64,000 nucleotides of DNA from Camelus dromedarius (Eukaryota). The stretch's first letter is position 1. Each line of letters begins with the position of its first letter. Where the stretch lies: assembly GCF_036321535.1 (NCBI RefSeq), contig NC_087437.1, positions 121,584,001 to 121,648,000 on the forward strand. Direction: 5' to 3'. Below the pieces are notes generated by a model. The model worked only from the letters and a program-made list of their open reading frames with translations. It made no database searches and was not told where the DNA came from. The translations under genes were made by a program, and so were the position numbers. This document shows positions 48,031 to 59,600 of the stretch, one piece after another.

Positions 48031-50149
48031 TTTCTAGTCCCCCCATCCCCGTCGGCTGGGACTCCTCTGTGGGGAGAACTTTCTCTTTTTCATTAATTAA
48101 ATGTGTCTGTGTCACCAGAGCCTCCCGGAGCCTCCTCCGCGCGCTGGCTGCGGCCTGCTGCCGTCCTTATTACACTTTGTGGCGCTCGTTTGCCCCAGCG
48201 GGACTCGCTTTAGGCTGGTTTCCGACTTCTCGCTGTGCGCCCGTGTTTGTAAGCGCTTCCTTTCTGGGTTTCAAGTCTCCACCCCCAAGCCCCCAGCCTC
48301 CCTCAGGCTCCCCTCTCTGCACGGTGCTTCTCACCTCCACCAGCAAGAAAGGGGCTCCCAGTGGCCTCCAGATGTTTGCTGTTTGCTTAGCGTCTCCCTA
48401 GCCCGGCCCCCCACTCCCTGCCTGCTTCTCTGGCCACAGGGAGATGCCTGGGGACCTGAGGGTGGAGGTCCCTGTGGCAGAGATGGACACTCGCTCTGCA
48501 CCACCCGGGGGCAGGGGCTCTGCCGGCCCTGGAGCAGCCCACGGTCAGGCCAGCAACAGAAGAGGGGTCTCTGGGGGATGCGGGATCCTCTGCGCATTGG
48601 GGGTCACCAGGCGATGGCAGGGCCTTGTCCTCCCTGCCCCAGTCCTCCGTGAGGCTGTGGGGGCCCACAGATCCAGGCCGGCCCGCAGACCCTGGGACCC
48701 GGCCCCAGACAGAGCTAAGGTAATTCATCTGCGGCTAACTGTCCTGGCAGCTCTGAGCGACCACCAGAAATGATCATATTTGTGACTCTCTTGGCTGGAA
48801 ATTCTCCCCAGGGAGAAGGCGGCCATCGCCTGTAGCCAGCATCGCAGGCTCCTCTATCGGTGCGCGGCAGGGCTGGCGTGACGGGAGGCCGCAGACGCCG
48901 AAGTGACAAGTAGGAGGACCAGGCGACCAGACAGCAGTCCATTCAGCCTGACTGTGCGGCCGCAGCCGCCCGGGCGCACAAAGGGGCCTTGTTCCCGCCC
49001 GTCACGAGCTCCCAGGCCCCACTCGACCTCTCTCCCGGGACGTGATTAGGTGTGGGAACTATTCCTCCCCCCCCCGGGGGGCTGCGTTTGACATTTGATA
49101 TTCATTCTGGACCCCTGCCCCACCCCCCACAGCCTCCTCAGCCCTGCCCCCGGCAGGGGTCCCCATGCCCGGCCCAGCTGGCCGAGCGGCCTCCCCCTGG
49201 TCACCTTCCACTCCAGGCACGGACACCCAGATGGCCAGGGAAAGATGGGGGCGGTGCAGAAGGGCACATGCCCCCGCACACGCACAAAGACACAGAAAGA
49301 TGGAGCGTTCTGTGCAGAGCAGTGGGTGCAGAATCCATTCCCTAAGGACACTGGCACACACATGTGCACAACCTTCACACCCACACACGCACACACAGGG
49401 CCCAACCAGCCCCAGCAGAGCTTCAGTCTCAGTGAAATCAGGGCTCGATGTCCCGTCCCGGCCTGCTGACTGCCACAGTGGGCCTGGGGCTTGGAGCGGC
49501 CAGGGTCGGTCCCCGCTCTCAGGAGTGGGGCCCGAGGGGGACCCGAGATGGTGCCAGAGCAGCGGGAAGGAATGTCCCAGCAGGCGAGGTGGGAGGGGCG
49601 GGAGGGGTGGGGGGTGTGGGGAGGGCTCTGGGGCCTGCCCGCTCCCTCTGTGCGGATCCAGCGCCTTCCTGGATAAGCGGATAGCCGCGGGGCCAGGAGC
49701 GCCTTGTTGGAACTGTCCACCCAAACCGCAATTCCACAGCGGGGAGCAGGGGCCTGCGTGTTTACAGTGCAGCGGGGCAGCGGAAAGAGGCTCTTGTAAA
49801 CAGTGCCGGAGAATTGCAACATCGGGCTGTGCAGCCTCCAAATGTGGGGTGGGCCCTCCACAGCGAGCGGGGACCCCGGGCCTGAGCCCTTGGGGGGGCA
49901 GCATCTAGCAGGCCGGCGGGCGGGCAGCCCTCGGGCCCGTGAGCGGGGTCTGCCGTCTTCTGTTTGGCAAACCCGCGGCCGGGATGAAGTGTAGTGGGCA
50001 GGGGTCTCATGTCCCTCCTCTAGCCGGGCCCCCTCCTCCAGGCAGCTCCTCCCCTCCCTCTGCAAAAGGGCCAGTGACCTGCCGGCAGCCGGGCGTTTGG
50101 GGGAAGGTTTCCTGTCCTCAGCTTGCAGTGGCTGAGAAATGCACCCCCC

Positions 50150-50475
50150 CCCCCACGTCCACATTCAGTCCCAGGACCTGAATGTGACCTTACACAGACC
50201 TGGGTGAGCCAAGCCCGGAGACCAGCTCACCCTGGATCACCAAGGTGTCCCAAACGCCACCACAGGGGTCCTCACCGGAGAGGACAGACACACAGGGAGG
50301 AGGCCACGTGGCCCAGGGGCCCGGCACCCGGACCTGGAGAGGTGGGAGGGACCCTCCCTGGAGCCTCGGGCGGGAGTGCAGCCCTGCCACACCCGGACGA
50401 GGCCTTCTGCCTCCAGGCCACCACGGTTTAAGCCAGTCTGTGGTCTTTGTCATGGCAGCAGCCGTGGGACACGGA
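50150..50475 (+). mobile_element. MLT1-type solo LTR remnant
   Basis: GGACCTGAATGTGACCTTA...GACACACAGGGAGGAGGCCACGTG...CCCTGCCACACC...TTAAGCCAGTCTGTGGTCTTTGTCATGGCAGC. Confidence 0.75.
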
Positions 50476-51924
50476 GAACCCCTCCCCACAGATGGGAGAC
50501 ACACTTTCTGTTCAAATCCCCCTGAACTAAGGGTGACAGACGCTCAGGTTGCTCAGAGAGGGTGTCATCCGACTCCTGGGTAAGAAAAGTCACTGCTGAG
50601 CACCCTTAGTCAGGCCAGTGCCCCTGGAGAGCCAGTGGTGCCAGGACCTACCCCAGGACACCCCTGACTTCTGTCACCCTCTTCCTCGTCTACCTGCAGA
50701 GCCCCGCCAGGCTGCAAACTCGGGCGGACCCCGGAGTCCCTGGCCCCTGTCAGCACTGTGTCCTGCACCTGCTCCTCCTTAAGCGGGGAGAACATGGTTC
50801 CTGAGAGGGGACGGCAGCCAGGCTGAGGTCAAAGGCGGCTCCAGGGAAACCAGGGGTTCCTGGGCCACCGGTGCTGCCTTGGCTGGACACACTGAGAGCC
50901 TCCTGGGTGAGGTGACGGAGCTGCTCCAGGCTCACGCATGAGTCGTGAGCTCATGCACCGGCATGCACCTGCACAGATTTTCACGTGCAGTCTCACACAC
51001 GCCTGCACAGACGTGGACACACTTGTCCACATCTGCACACACACCCCCTCAGCATGTCCGCAGGTGGAGAGGAGTGGGGGAGCCTTCCAGGCTGAGTGAC
51101 AAGAACACAGGTGAGCCGGGGACAGGCGGGCGGGCAGGGGCGGCACCTGCTCTGTCTGCCTCACGTGCCTGAAACTGCTCAGGTGGCTGACTTCCTGGGC
51201 GCGCAGGCTGAGGTGAGCTGGCTGAGTGCCTTCAGGAGAAGATGGAGCCTCGAGTGAGGTGAGGACCTCCACACGCTGGGCGCCCCCTTCCCGGCAGCTC
51301 CCTGACCCCTGATTCATGGCTGGGCACCCCGGCCTTTCCCAGAGCCAGCAGGAAGATGGAAGACTAAACAATTTTGTCCACTTCTAATTTCCTGCAAAAC
51401 CCCTTCTGCCAAAATAAATAGATGTCCATCAGCTGCTCCGTCGCCATAGAGACACCGGTCTGCCTGGAGACAGAGGCAGGACAGCTGGCGGGGGAGCATG
51501 GGGAATGGCCAGTCCTGCTTGCTTTTGTCTGTGGAGCAGGTGAGAGTCAGCTCCCTGATCCTTGGATGCAGGAAACATTAGGTGGAGAAGAGATGTCCCC
51601 CCCAGGAGGATCAGAGTCCCAGGAAGCTCGGGGAGGGCCCTCAACCAGACCGTCTGAACAGGCCCGGCCTCGGAGTCCAGACCCCATCAGAGGCCCTGCC
51701 CACCCACTCCCTCAACCTCAGGTAGAGCCCGGGTCCCCTCAAGGATGCTGACACTGCTAGGCAATCTGCAGCCCTCAGGGGTCCTGTCCAGATTGCAGGC
51801 TTCACCCTGTCGGCTCAGAACACCAGCCCGACACTTCCCCCAAAGACCGTCCTGCGTGGTCCCCTGGATGGGCTGTTTCCTTTAAGGAGGATGGCGGTCA
51901 GGGTAGCAGAGGACTTAGCTCTGC

Positions 51925-53691
51925 ATCCTAAGACTCAGACCACAGAGGTAACAGTTCTCCCCACACTGACCGATGTCCAAAGCAATCTTAGCCAAATTCC
52001 CCCAGATTTTTGATGGAATCTGACGATGGAAACAGTAAATGTACATATAGGAAGAACCAAGACAGTTCTGAAAAACACTCAGAAGGCAACTCAGTCCTGA
52101 GGGAGAACAAGGCTGCGGGGCTGACCCCACCCAACCCCAAGACCTACTGGAGAGCTGCGGCCACCAAGACGGAGTGGCACTGGGAGGGGGTGGAGACGCA
52201 GGTCGGGGAGCAGGAGGGAGAGCCCGGAAACAGACCCACGTACACACAGCTTCCTGATCCTGCGTCAGCAAAGGCGCAAAGGCAGCACAATGGAAAAAAG
52301 ACAGTCTTCTCAACCAACGATTCTGGAACGACTGGACATCACGTGAAAATAAACGAATCCAGACACAGACCTTCCACCCTTCACAAAAATTAACTCACAG
52401 TGGGTCTCAGGCTTAAATGTAAAATGCAAAACTGTACATCTCCTGAAAGATAACAGGGGAGAAATTCTGTATGACCTCGGGTTTGGCAGCGACTTTTCAG
52501 ATACAACACCACAGGCACAGTTCACGGAAGAGCTGATAGGCAAAATTTCTTTAAAACGCAAAGCAGTGTCTGTTCCCCAAAGGAGACCGTTAGGAGAGGG
52601 AGAAGACAAGCCACAAAGCGGGAGAAAATGTTTACAAAACTCGTGTCAGACAGAGGACTGTCACCCAAAATACACAAAACACACGAAACCCAACGTGAGG
52701 TGGAAACATGGACAAAGTCCTGAACAGATACTTCGTCAAGAAGTTGCACACACGTCCAGTCAGCGCATGGAAAGATGCTCCACATCCAATGTCGCCAGGG
52801 AAACCCAAATTGAAGCAATGAGTTACCACGACCCACCTCGTAGAAGGGCCAAAAGCCAGACGCCGACAACACCCAGTGCTGGTGAGGACGGGGAGCCACA
52901 GGAACCCCCAGGCCCTGCCGGTGGGAACGCAGCACCGTGCAGCCGCTTTGGAAGACAGCTGGGAGCTTCTTACAAAGCTAAGCGCACTCTGACCGTAGGA
53001 CCCAGCAACCAGGCTCCTGGGTGTTTCCCCAAAGGGGTCGCGCACGGTGTCCACACGAAAGCCTGCACACAGACGTTTCTAGCAGCTTTGTTCACAATTC
53101 CTAAAGCTTGGAAGCCACCAAGAAGTTCTTCAGGAGGTGAATGGATGCTTAAACCGCGGTCCATCCAGACAATGGAATATTATTCAGTGTTAAAAAGAGA
53201 TGCGCGGTCAAGCCATGAAAAGACATGGAGGAACCTTGGCCGCTTGTTGCTAAGTGCGAGAAGCCCCCCGGAAAGGCCGCGCGCTGTGTGATCCCAGCTC
53301 CCTGACGTTCTGGAAAAGGCGCAACTGTGAAGACAGTGAAAGGTCAGTGGTGCCAGGGGTCGGGGTGGGGGAGGGGTGACCCGGCGGAGCACACAGGGGT
53401 CTTAGGGCAGAGGAACGCTTCTGTGTGACGCTGTCACGGCAGACGTACGTCAGTCAAACCCACAGGACGTGCAACACCGGGAGTGGACCCTGATGCCAAC
53501 TGCGGGCTCTGAGTGATTACGATGTGTCCACGTAAATTCGTTGATGGGAACAAATGCACCGTGGTGGGGGAAGCTGAGAATTTGGTAAGTTACGCAGGCG
53601 TGGGGACAGGAAGTACATGGGAAATCTCTGTACCTTCTGCTCAATTTTGCTGTGAACCTAAAAGTTTCCTTAAAGTCTACTTTTTAAAAAA
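51925..53691 (+). mobile_element. Old L1 (L1MC-like) ORF2 3' part and 3' UTR
   Basis: AAAAAGACAGTCTTCTCAAC, ACAATGGAATATTATTCAG, and terminal GAAATCTCTGTACCTTCTGCTCAATTTTGCTGTGAACCTAAAA. Confidence 0.9.
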
Positions 53692-56600
53692 TGACTCAGA
53701 AGGAAAAGTTTCCTTAAGAGACCTCTAGAAACGTAAGAAGACACAAGTAAATAAGCAGGGTTTTGGGCCGCAGGAGTAGAGACACAACTCTGCGGAACAG
53801 GACCCAGAGCGCAGAGCGAGCTTCCTGCATCGGCGGGACCTCTGCACACGGCCGGGGGAGAGCGTCTCAAGGAGGTAGAGGGGACGGACAGACGGAGACA
53901 TGCATGTGGAGTCAGACCCTCTGAGACCCGTTTCACTCCAAAAAATTTTTTTAATTATACAACCAGCAGAAGGGAACAGTTTCTGACTGCGGAGTGGGAA
54001 GAGCCTTCTGAAGCCAGGACCACACCCACGGGTCACGAGGGGGCAGACGGACAAATCGGAGGACAGCAGAGGCTCAGCTGTGCAGGGAAAACTCCCCACA
54101 AACTAAGTAAAATGTAGGGGAGGCAGGAGGACTGCAAACGTGGAGGAAACTGGGGGGAACCAGTGAGGGGGCGAGTGTGGCCGCCCGGAGGTTCGGCGGG
54201 AGTGGGCGGCCGGCGGCCCGTGGTCTCCAGCCATGGCCGACCTCAGGCCCTCCTGTTCCTCGGTGCCCGGAGCCAGGCCAGGAGTAAGACGTCCATCAGG
54301 GGCTCTGGGCAGCCGCTCGGCTCTGACCCTCTTCCGATTCGCGGTGGGAAGCCGGCTGTCCTTGGCCCTGACGCAGCAATGCAGCCCGTGTCCACGCCCT
54401 CCGGCCGCTCTGAGCGGCCTCCGCGCCCCCGGGCGCAGCTGGGAATCCAGTCCGGGAGCGGGGTGGGGCCGGCCCTCCCACCAGGACGGGCCTGGGTCTG
54501 ACGGCTCTGGGAAGGCTGGGAAACCCAGGCACCCGCGAGGGGCCGTCCCTGCGCCGATGCCCACTGGACACCTCTTGGGGGTCCAGCCAAGGGCTCTCGC
54601 TCAAGGGCAGGTTCTGACTCAACAGGCCTGGGGGGACCCCACGTGTGGCATTTCTGCCCAGCGCCCAGGGAGGCCCGGGCTCGCTTGAGGGGACAGCCTT
54701 CACCCCTGCTGCCACCTCCAGGGTGATGGCGGAAGTGGGGGGGGGGCTTGAGCTGGTTGCTTCCCAGGAGGACCCCTCCCCTCGTACTTGGGCATCTGGG
54801 AGCCTAGTTCTGAGGAAGAGAAACTCCAGGGAGGGGATGGAAGGACAGACCCCTTCCCCCGCTCGTCACGGCCACAAAAAAGCAGTTTTTGTCTTGAAAA
54901 CTCACCTGTTTCACTCACATGGATTTTCTTCAGCTCAAGGGGACTGACTTAGCTGGACGCTTCTCTGTGCCCCTGATTCTGGTCTCTCAGTTCCCCCAGC
55001 TGCGGAGGAAGTGGAGGAAGGAGGCCTGAAGATACAGAGACACTGAGGCCAAGCCCTGCCCTTGAGCTCAGAGCCAAGGGCGCCCAGGGCGGGGCTGAGC
55101 CCATGGCCCCCAGACCCTCACCTCGGGCTGGCCCAGAGGGGGCGGGGCGGGGTGGGGACGAGGGGCCCCCATGGCCCTCGAGCAGATCCCACCCCACGGG
55201 GGAGCTGTCAGGGGCTGGTCCTGGAGGCTCGACCCCTAGAGCCGGAATGCCCGTGGACAGTCCTCTGGGGGCCGCAGTGCCCCTCCGCTCATTCAAAGCA
55301 TGTAGGTCCCTGCAGGAAACTTTCCCAGGTTTGGGTGGTGGCGCTTGCTTCCTCGCCAGGGCTTCAGGCCTCCCCTCAAGGGGCTGCCCGCTCCCGGCTG
55401 ACCCCACAACCTCCCAACCCCACACGGCAGAGCCTCCTTCCCAGGTCAGGGCTGGCCCCTCCATCTGGAGCAAGCGTTCTCATCCTTGCCGTGGCCGCTG
55501 GACCGGCTGGGAGGCTGTCCTTGCAGCCTCAGCCTCTCGGGGACACGGAGCAGCCAGCACCCAGCCTCCCACCAGCTTTGACACCGGCTCCCAGGATACT
55601 GTGTCCCCCCAGTCCCCAGGTGCTCACGTGGCCCCTGCCCCACACCCAGATCCCTGCCCACAGCGACATCCTGGTGCTTCCCCAGCCCAAGTGACCGGCC
55701 CCCTGCCCAGGGTGCAACCCCACCGAAGGCTGGGGTCTGCTCTCAGGCCACTCGGGGTCAGGGATGGGCAGTGCAGCCTCTGTGGTAGGACGGTCCCTGC
55801 ACCTCCTCCAGAGCCCCTTGTTGGGCACCACCTGGTGGGCACCTCTGTCCCCCAACCCTGGACTTTGGGATCCCGACCATCCTCCCTGACTCACAGCCAG
55901 ACCCCCTACAGCAGGGTGGGGGGCCAGGGGTAGAGGGGGATCAAGCTGGGGGCAGGTGTAGGGGTGTGCAGCCCCTCCTCCTCCCCAGAGGCCACTCCTG
56001 GGGGCTATTTAATGTAGGGACCCCTCCACCAGACGCCTGCCCAGAAAGGGTGCACACCTTCAGGTCTCAGCCATGCAGGGACCCTCCTGGCCACACCTCG
56101 GTCACCATGGCCTCCAGGTGGTGGCCAGCTGTTGACCTCCACCACCACGGGAGGAGGAGCCATGCTGTCAGAGGGAGCCCTGCCCAAGAGGAGAGGCTGG
56201 TTGGGTGAGACCAGGAGGGGGCCCACAGGCTAGCTTCTAAGCTGAGGCCTGGGCCTGCCTTGGGGGCTCCAGAGGCGGGTGGGCAGGCCAGGGCTGCGAG
56301 GTGCCCCCTCTAGCTCTTCCCCGACCCCCCACCCCTGTGCCCCCCAGGCCTCACTTCTGCCCCCCCACCACTTCTGCGTCTATTCAGCTCTGCATGTGCT
56401 CTGGGTCCCTCTCAGTGTCAGGGGCTGTGTGCACCCCGACACCCATCCTGGGTGGATCTCCAGGCTCCGGGCCCCTCCTGTCCTGGAGGTGGGGTCACTG
56501 CCCCCCATCCCAAATAGCTGATGGCCAGCTGGACGGGACATGGCCCAGCAGCCCACAGATCCGGGCACTGGGCAGCCTTCCCTGGACAGCAAGGCTGTCG

Positions 56601-59600
56601 AGGTCTCCTTCTGAGTCAGGCCAGGGTCAGGGGGCACCAGACGGCTGACCTTTCCTGGGTGCAGATGAGAAGGGGCGCCGGGCGTGGAGCCGGCGGGGTT
56701 GTGTCCAGGCAGGGGAGGGGTGAGTGTGTGAGCAAATGTGAGCGTGTCCAAGCCTGTGTCAGTGTAAACATGTGAGTGTGTGAATGCGTGAGCGTGAGCG
56801 CAGATGGAAACAGGCAGAGAAACAGAGAGACGGGAATTGGGTTTCAGTCTTTCAGGCGACAAAACCCCACGAGGAGTCAGACCTGAAACCTCAGGACAGA
56901 ACCCGCGGGGAGTCCTCGGCGGGGGTCCTGGGTTGGGGTCGGGGGGCCTGTGACTCTGGACAGGACGGGCAATGGCAGCTGCTGGACACATGCCTGGACG
57001 TCGCCGGCTCAGTGGGGCGGCGTGCGCGTCCCAATCACGTGGTGAGAAATAGGATATGACTGTGTCATCACGGGTTGATAATCCTTTGTGTTTGGTTTCA
57101 CACACTTTAAAACAGCATTCTGAGAATAAAGAGGCTGGCCTGAGGGCCAGAGGGGTGAGGCACGGAAAAGGCCCAGAGGCCTGGTCTGGCCCCACCTGGG
57201 CAGTCACGGCCCAGGTGGGGCAGGGACCGGAGCCCGCATCTGCACCTGCGAGCCAGTGCCCCCCATCACCAGAGCCTCCAGGAGGAAGGAAGCCAGCCTG
57301 CACGTGGGCCTGGCCAGCCTCTGGCTGCCCTGCTGTCCCCCTCGGGGCCCTGGCGCCAGCCAGTCCAAAGGCCTCGCCGGGAGTCTATTCTGGGAGTTGG
57401 TGTGGAGGCCGCTGGGGCTCCTTATAAGGCTCTGTCCAGCCTGGTGCCGCCTGAGCCCGAGGTCCGCCCTGCTACCCGGCCTGCAGCCGGGCCCCAGGGT
57501 GTAGAGACCCCACCGCCCTCAGCCCACGGCACCCAGATTCCCTCCTGTCTCCGATGGCATTGACGCTTTCCTGAGATGTAAGTGAATTTAACCAGCACCG
57601 TGGTCCTAGGGGCCCTTGGGGGACAAGCAGGGAGCAGGGCTCCAGGCTGGCCAGCGCTGGCCTCACACATCCTTATGAGGAAGTGCCGGGTCCTGGCTGA
57701 GTCACCGGCCTGTGCCGACTCGGCCGTGGGAGCCAGTGATTCGGCTTATTTTTAGTCTCTTACCGGAACACCTGGGTTGGGCCCATAATACACGTATCTC
57801 AGTGGTTCAAAAATATAACTTTACCGTGAGTCATTCAGCAGGGGACAATGAGCCAGCGAGGGGTTTCCTGAGACAAGCGGGCCTGGCTCCGTCCTGGCCC
57901 CTGGGGGGTGATGCACCCCCGGGAGGACACACCTACACCGAGCCGCCCAGCAGGTCCCAGCTTCCTTTCAGAGGGAATCTGGAGAAACGTGATGTGGGAA
58001 ACATGAGGCCAGGCATCTTCCCAGAGATGGGCCCGGACCCCTGGCGTTGATCCTGGCACCTGAGGGGCTCTGACGGCCCTGGGTGGTGTCGAATGAGCAA
58101 ACGAAGGAAGGAACACGTGAGGGAGCAGGTGGGCCATCCTCAGGCCCCAGATCAGCCGTCCCAGGTGGCCTTAGGGCCATGCCCAGCGCGGTCCTGCAGT
58201 GACAGCTGACTGGGCAGGTGGCAGGACCTCTCTGCCCACTGTATGTGGCAGGCCTGGGTCACAGGGCGAGGAAAGCACTCCACATGCTCCCTAAGAGTTC
58301 TCACAAGGGTGAAGCCAGACACAGCAGGCGACGGGGGTTGGTGGGAGCCCTCCCCTTGCCCCCAGCCACAGGCTGAGCCCTCTGGGCCTCGAGGGGGGCG
58401 GGGCCCGGGCATCCCTGGGAGCCCATTAGAGACAGGGCCTCAGCCCAGCAGCACCGGCTCCTCTTCCAGGCTCAGCGGGGCTGCGGTCACCTGAAGTCTG
58501 GACCGGGAGACGGCTCCCTCACAGGGACCGCAGATGATGCCGGCCCCCAGGAGGGGGCTGGCCCAGGCTGCCGAGCTGTATGTCCAGGTGTGGCCCCTCC
58601 ACATGGCTTCTGCTTCTCCCAGCCTGGCAGCTGAGTCAAGAGTCGGAGTCCCAGTGGACCCAGGTGGACAGCGCGCGGCTCCTGATGCAGTGAGCGCAGA
58701 AGCCCCTGCTCCGTGCCCCTCCACCTCCATCCTGCCCAGCTGCTCCTCTGTCCTCGGGGCCGTGCTGACCACCCCTCCCCCTGCACGTTGGGACCCCGAC
58801 TCCAGTCTCCTTTCTCTGCACACACGTCGTCTGTAGCAGGACTCGCACTGCCCGTGCAGAAGGCCTGCAGCTCGACGCTTGCCCCCAGTTCCTGGGTGGC
58901 TGGGGTGCTGGGTGCCCGCCCATGAGGCGCTCTGCAAACCCTCAGGGAGTGGCCCCAGGCCGCGTGCACCTGGCAGACTTTACACCGGGAGGACGCACCT
59001 TGTGACTATGACTTCGGTGTGACTGCAAATCCTCACCTCACCTGGCTGAGGACCGTGAACCGGCCGGGCTCTGACCACCTGGGGCTGGGTCCAGGGACTC
59101 CAGGATTCTGCTGGCCTCCCCGCCCCTGAGCCACCACCCGCTCTCCAGGCCCCTCGGCTGCCCTGAGACCTTGTGCCCCGCTCCAGGACGGGCCTTGCCT
59201 CTGAGGACTCAGCACTGGGGGTGGGGTTCACCCGCTCCTCCCCCCGCAGCCTGGACGGCCATTGGAGGTAAAGGTGACTGACCACCCGGGGCTCTCACAG
59301 TGTCAACCCCAGCTTGAGAACACTGGTCCCAGAGGCCTGGTGGTTACAGAGGCCCTCGTCAGCCTCACCCGTCACTGCCATGTTTGCTGTCTGGGTAACG
59401 TGAGCAGCCCGGCCGCCACCCGGCCGCCATGGGAAACTTGCAGCTTGCGGGCCCTGCACCGCTCAGAGCAGGTGCTCAGCGAGGGTTTCAGCGGCAACGG
59501 GACAGGAGCAGCCCTCGGTGAGGAGCCGGCCCTGCGTGCGTCCCCTGAGCACTCTCCTGCAGGGAGGCCGTGCGCAGGCACCGAGGTCCTGAGTTTCTGC

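Noticed and set aside
49046..50164. 372-aa ORF and overlapping long ORFs on both strands
   Set aside because: Several frames are open at once in very GC-rich DNA, with no domain and no consistent splice structure.
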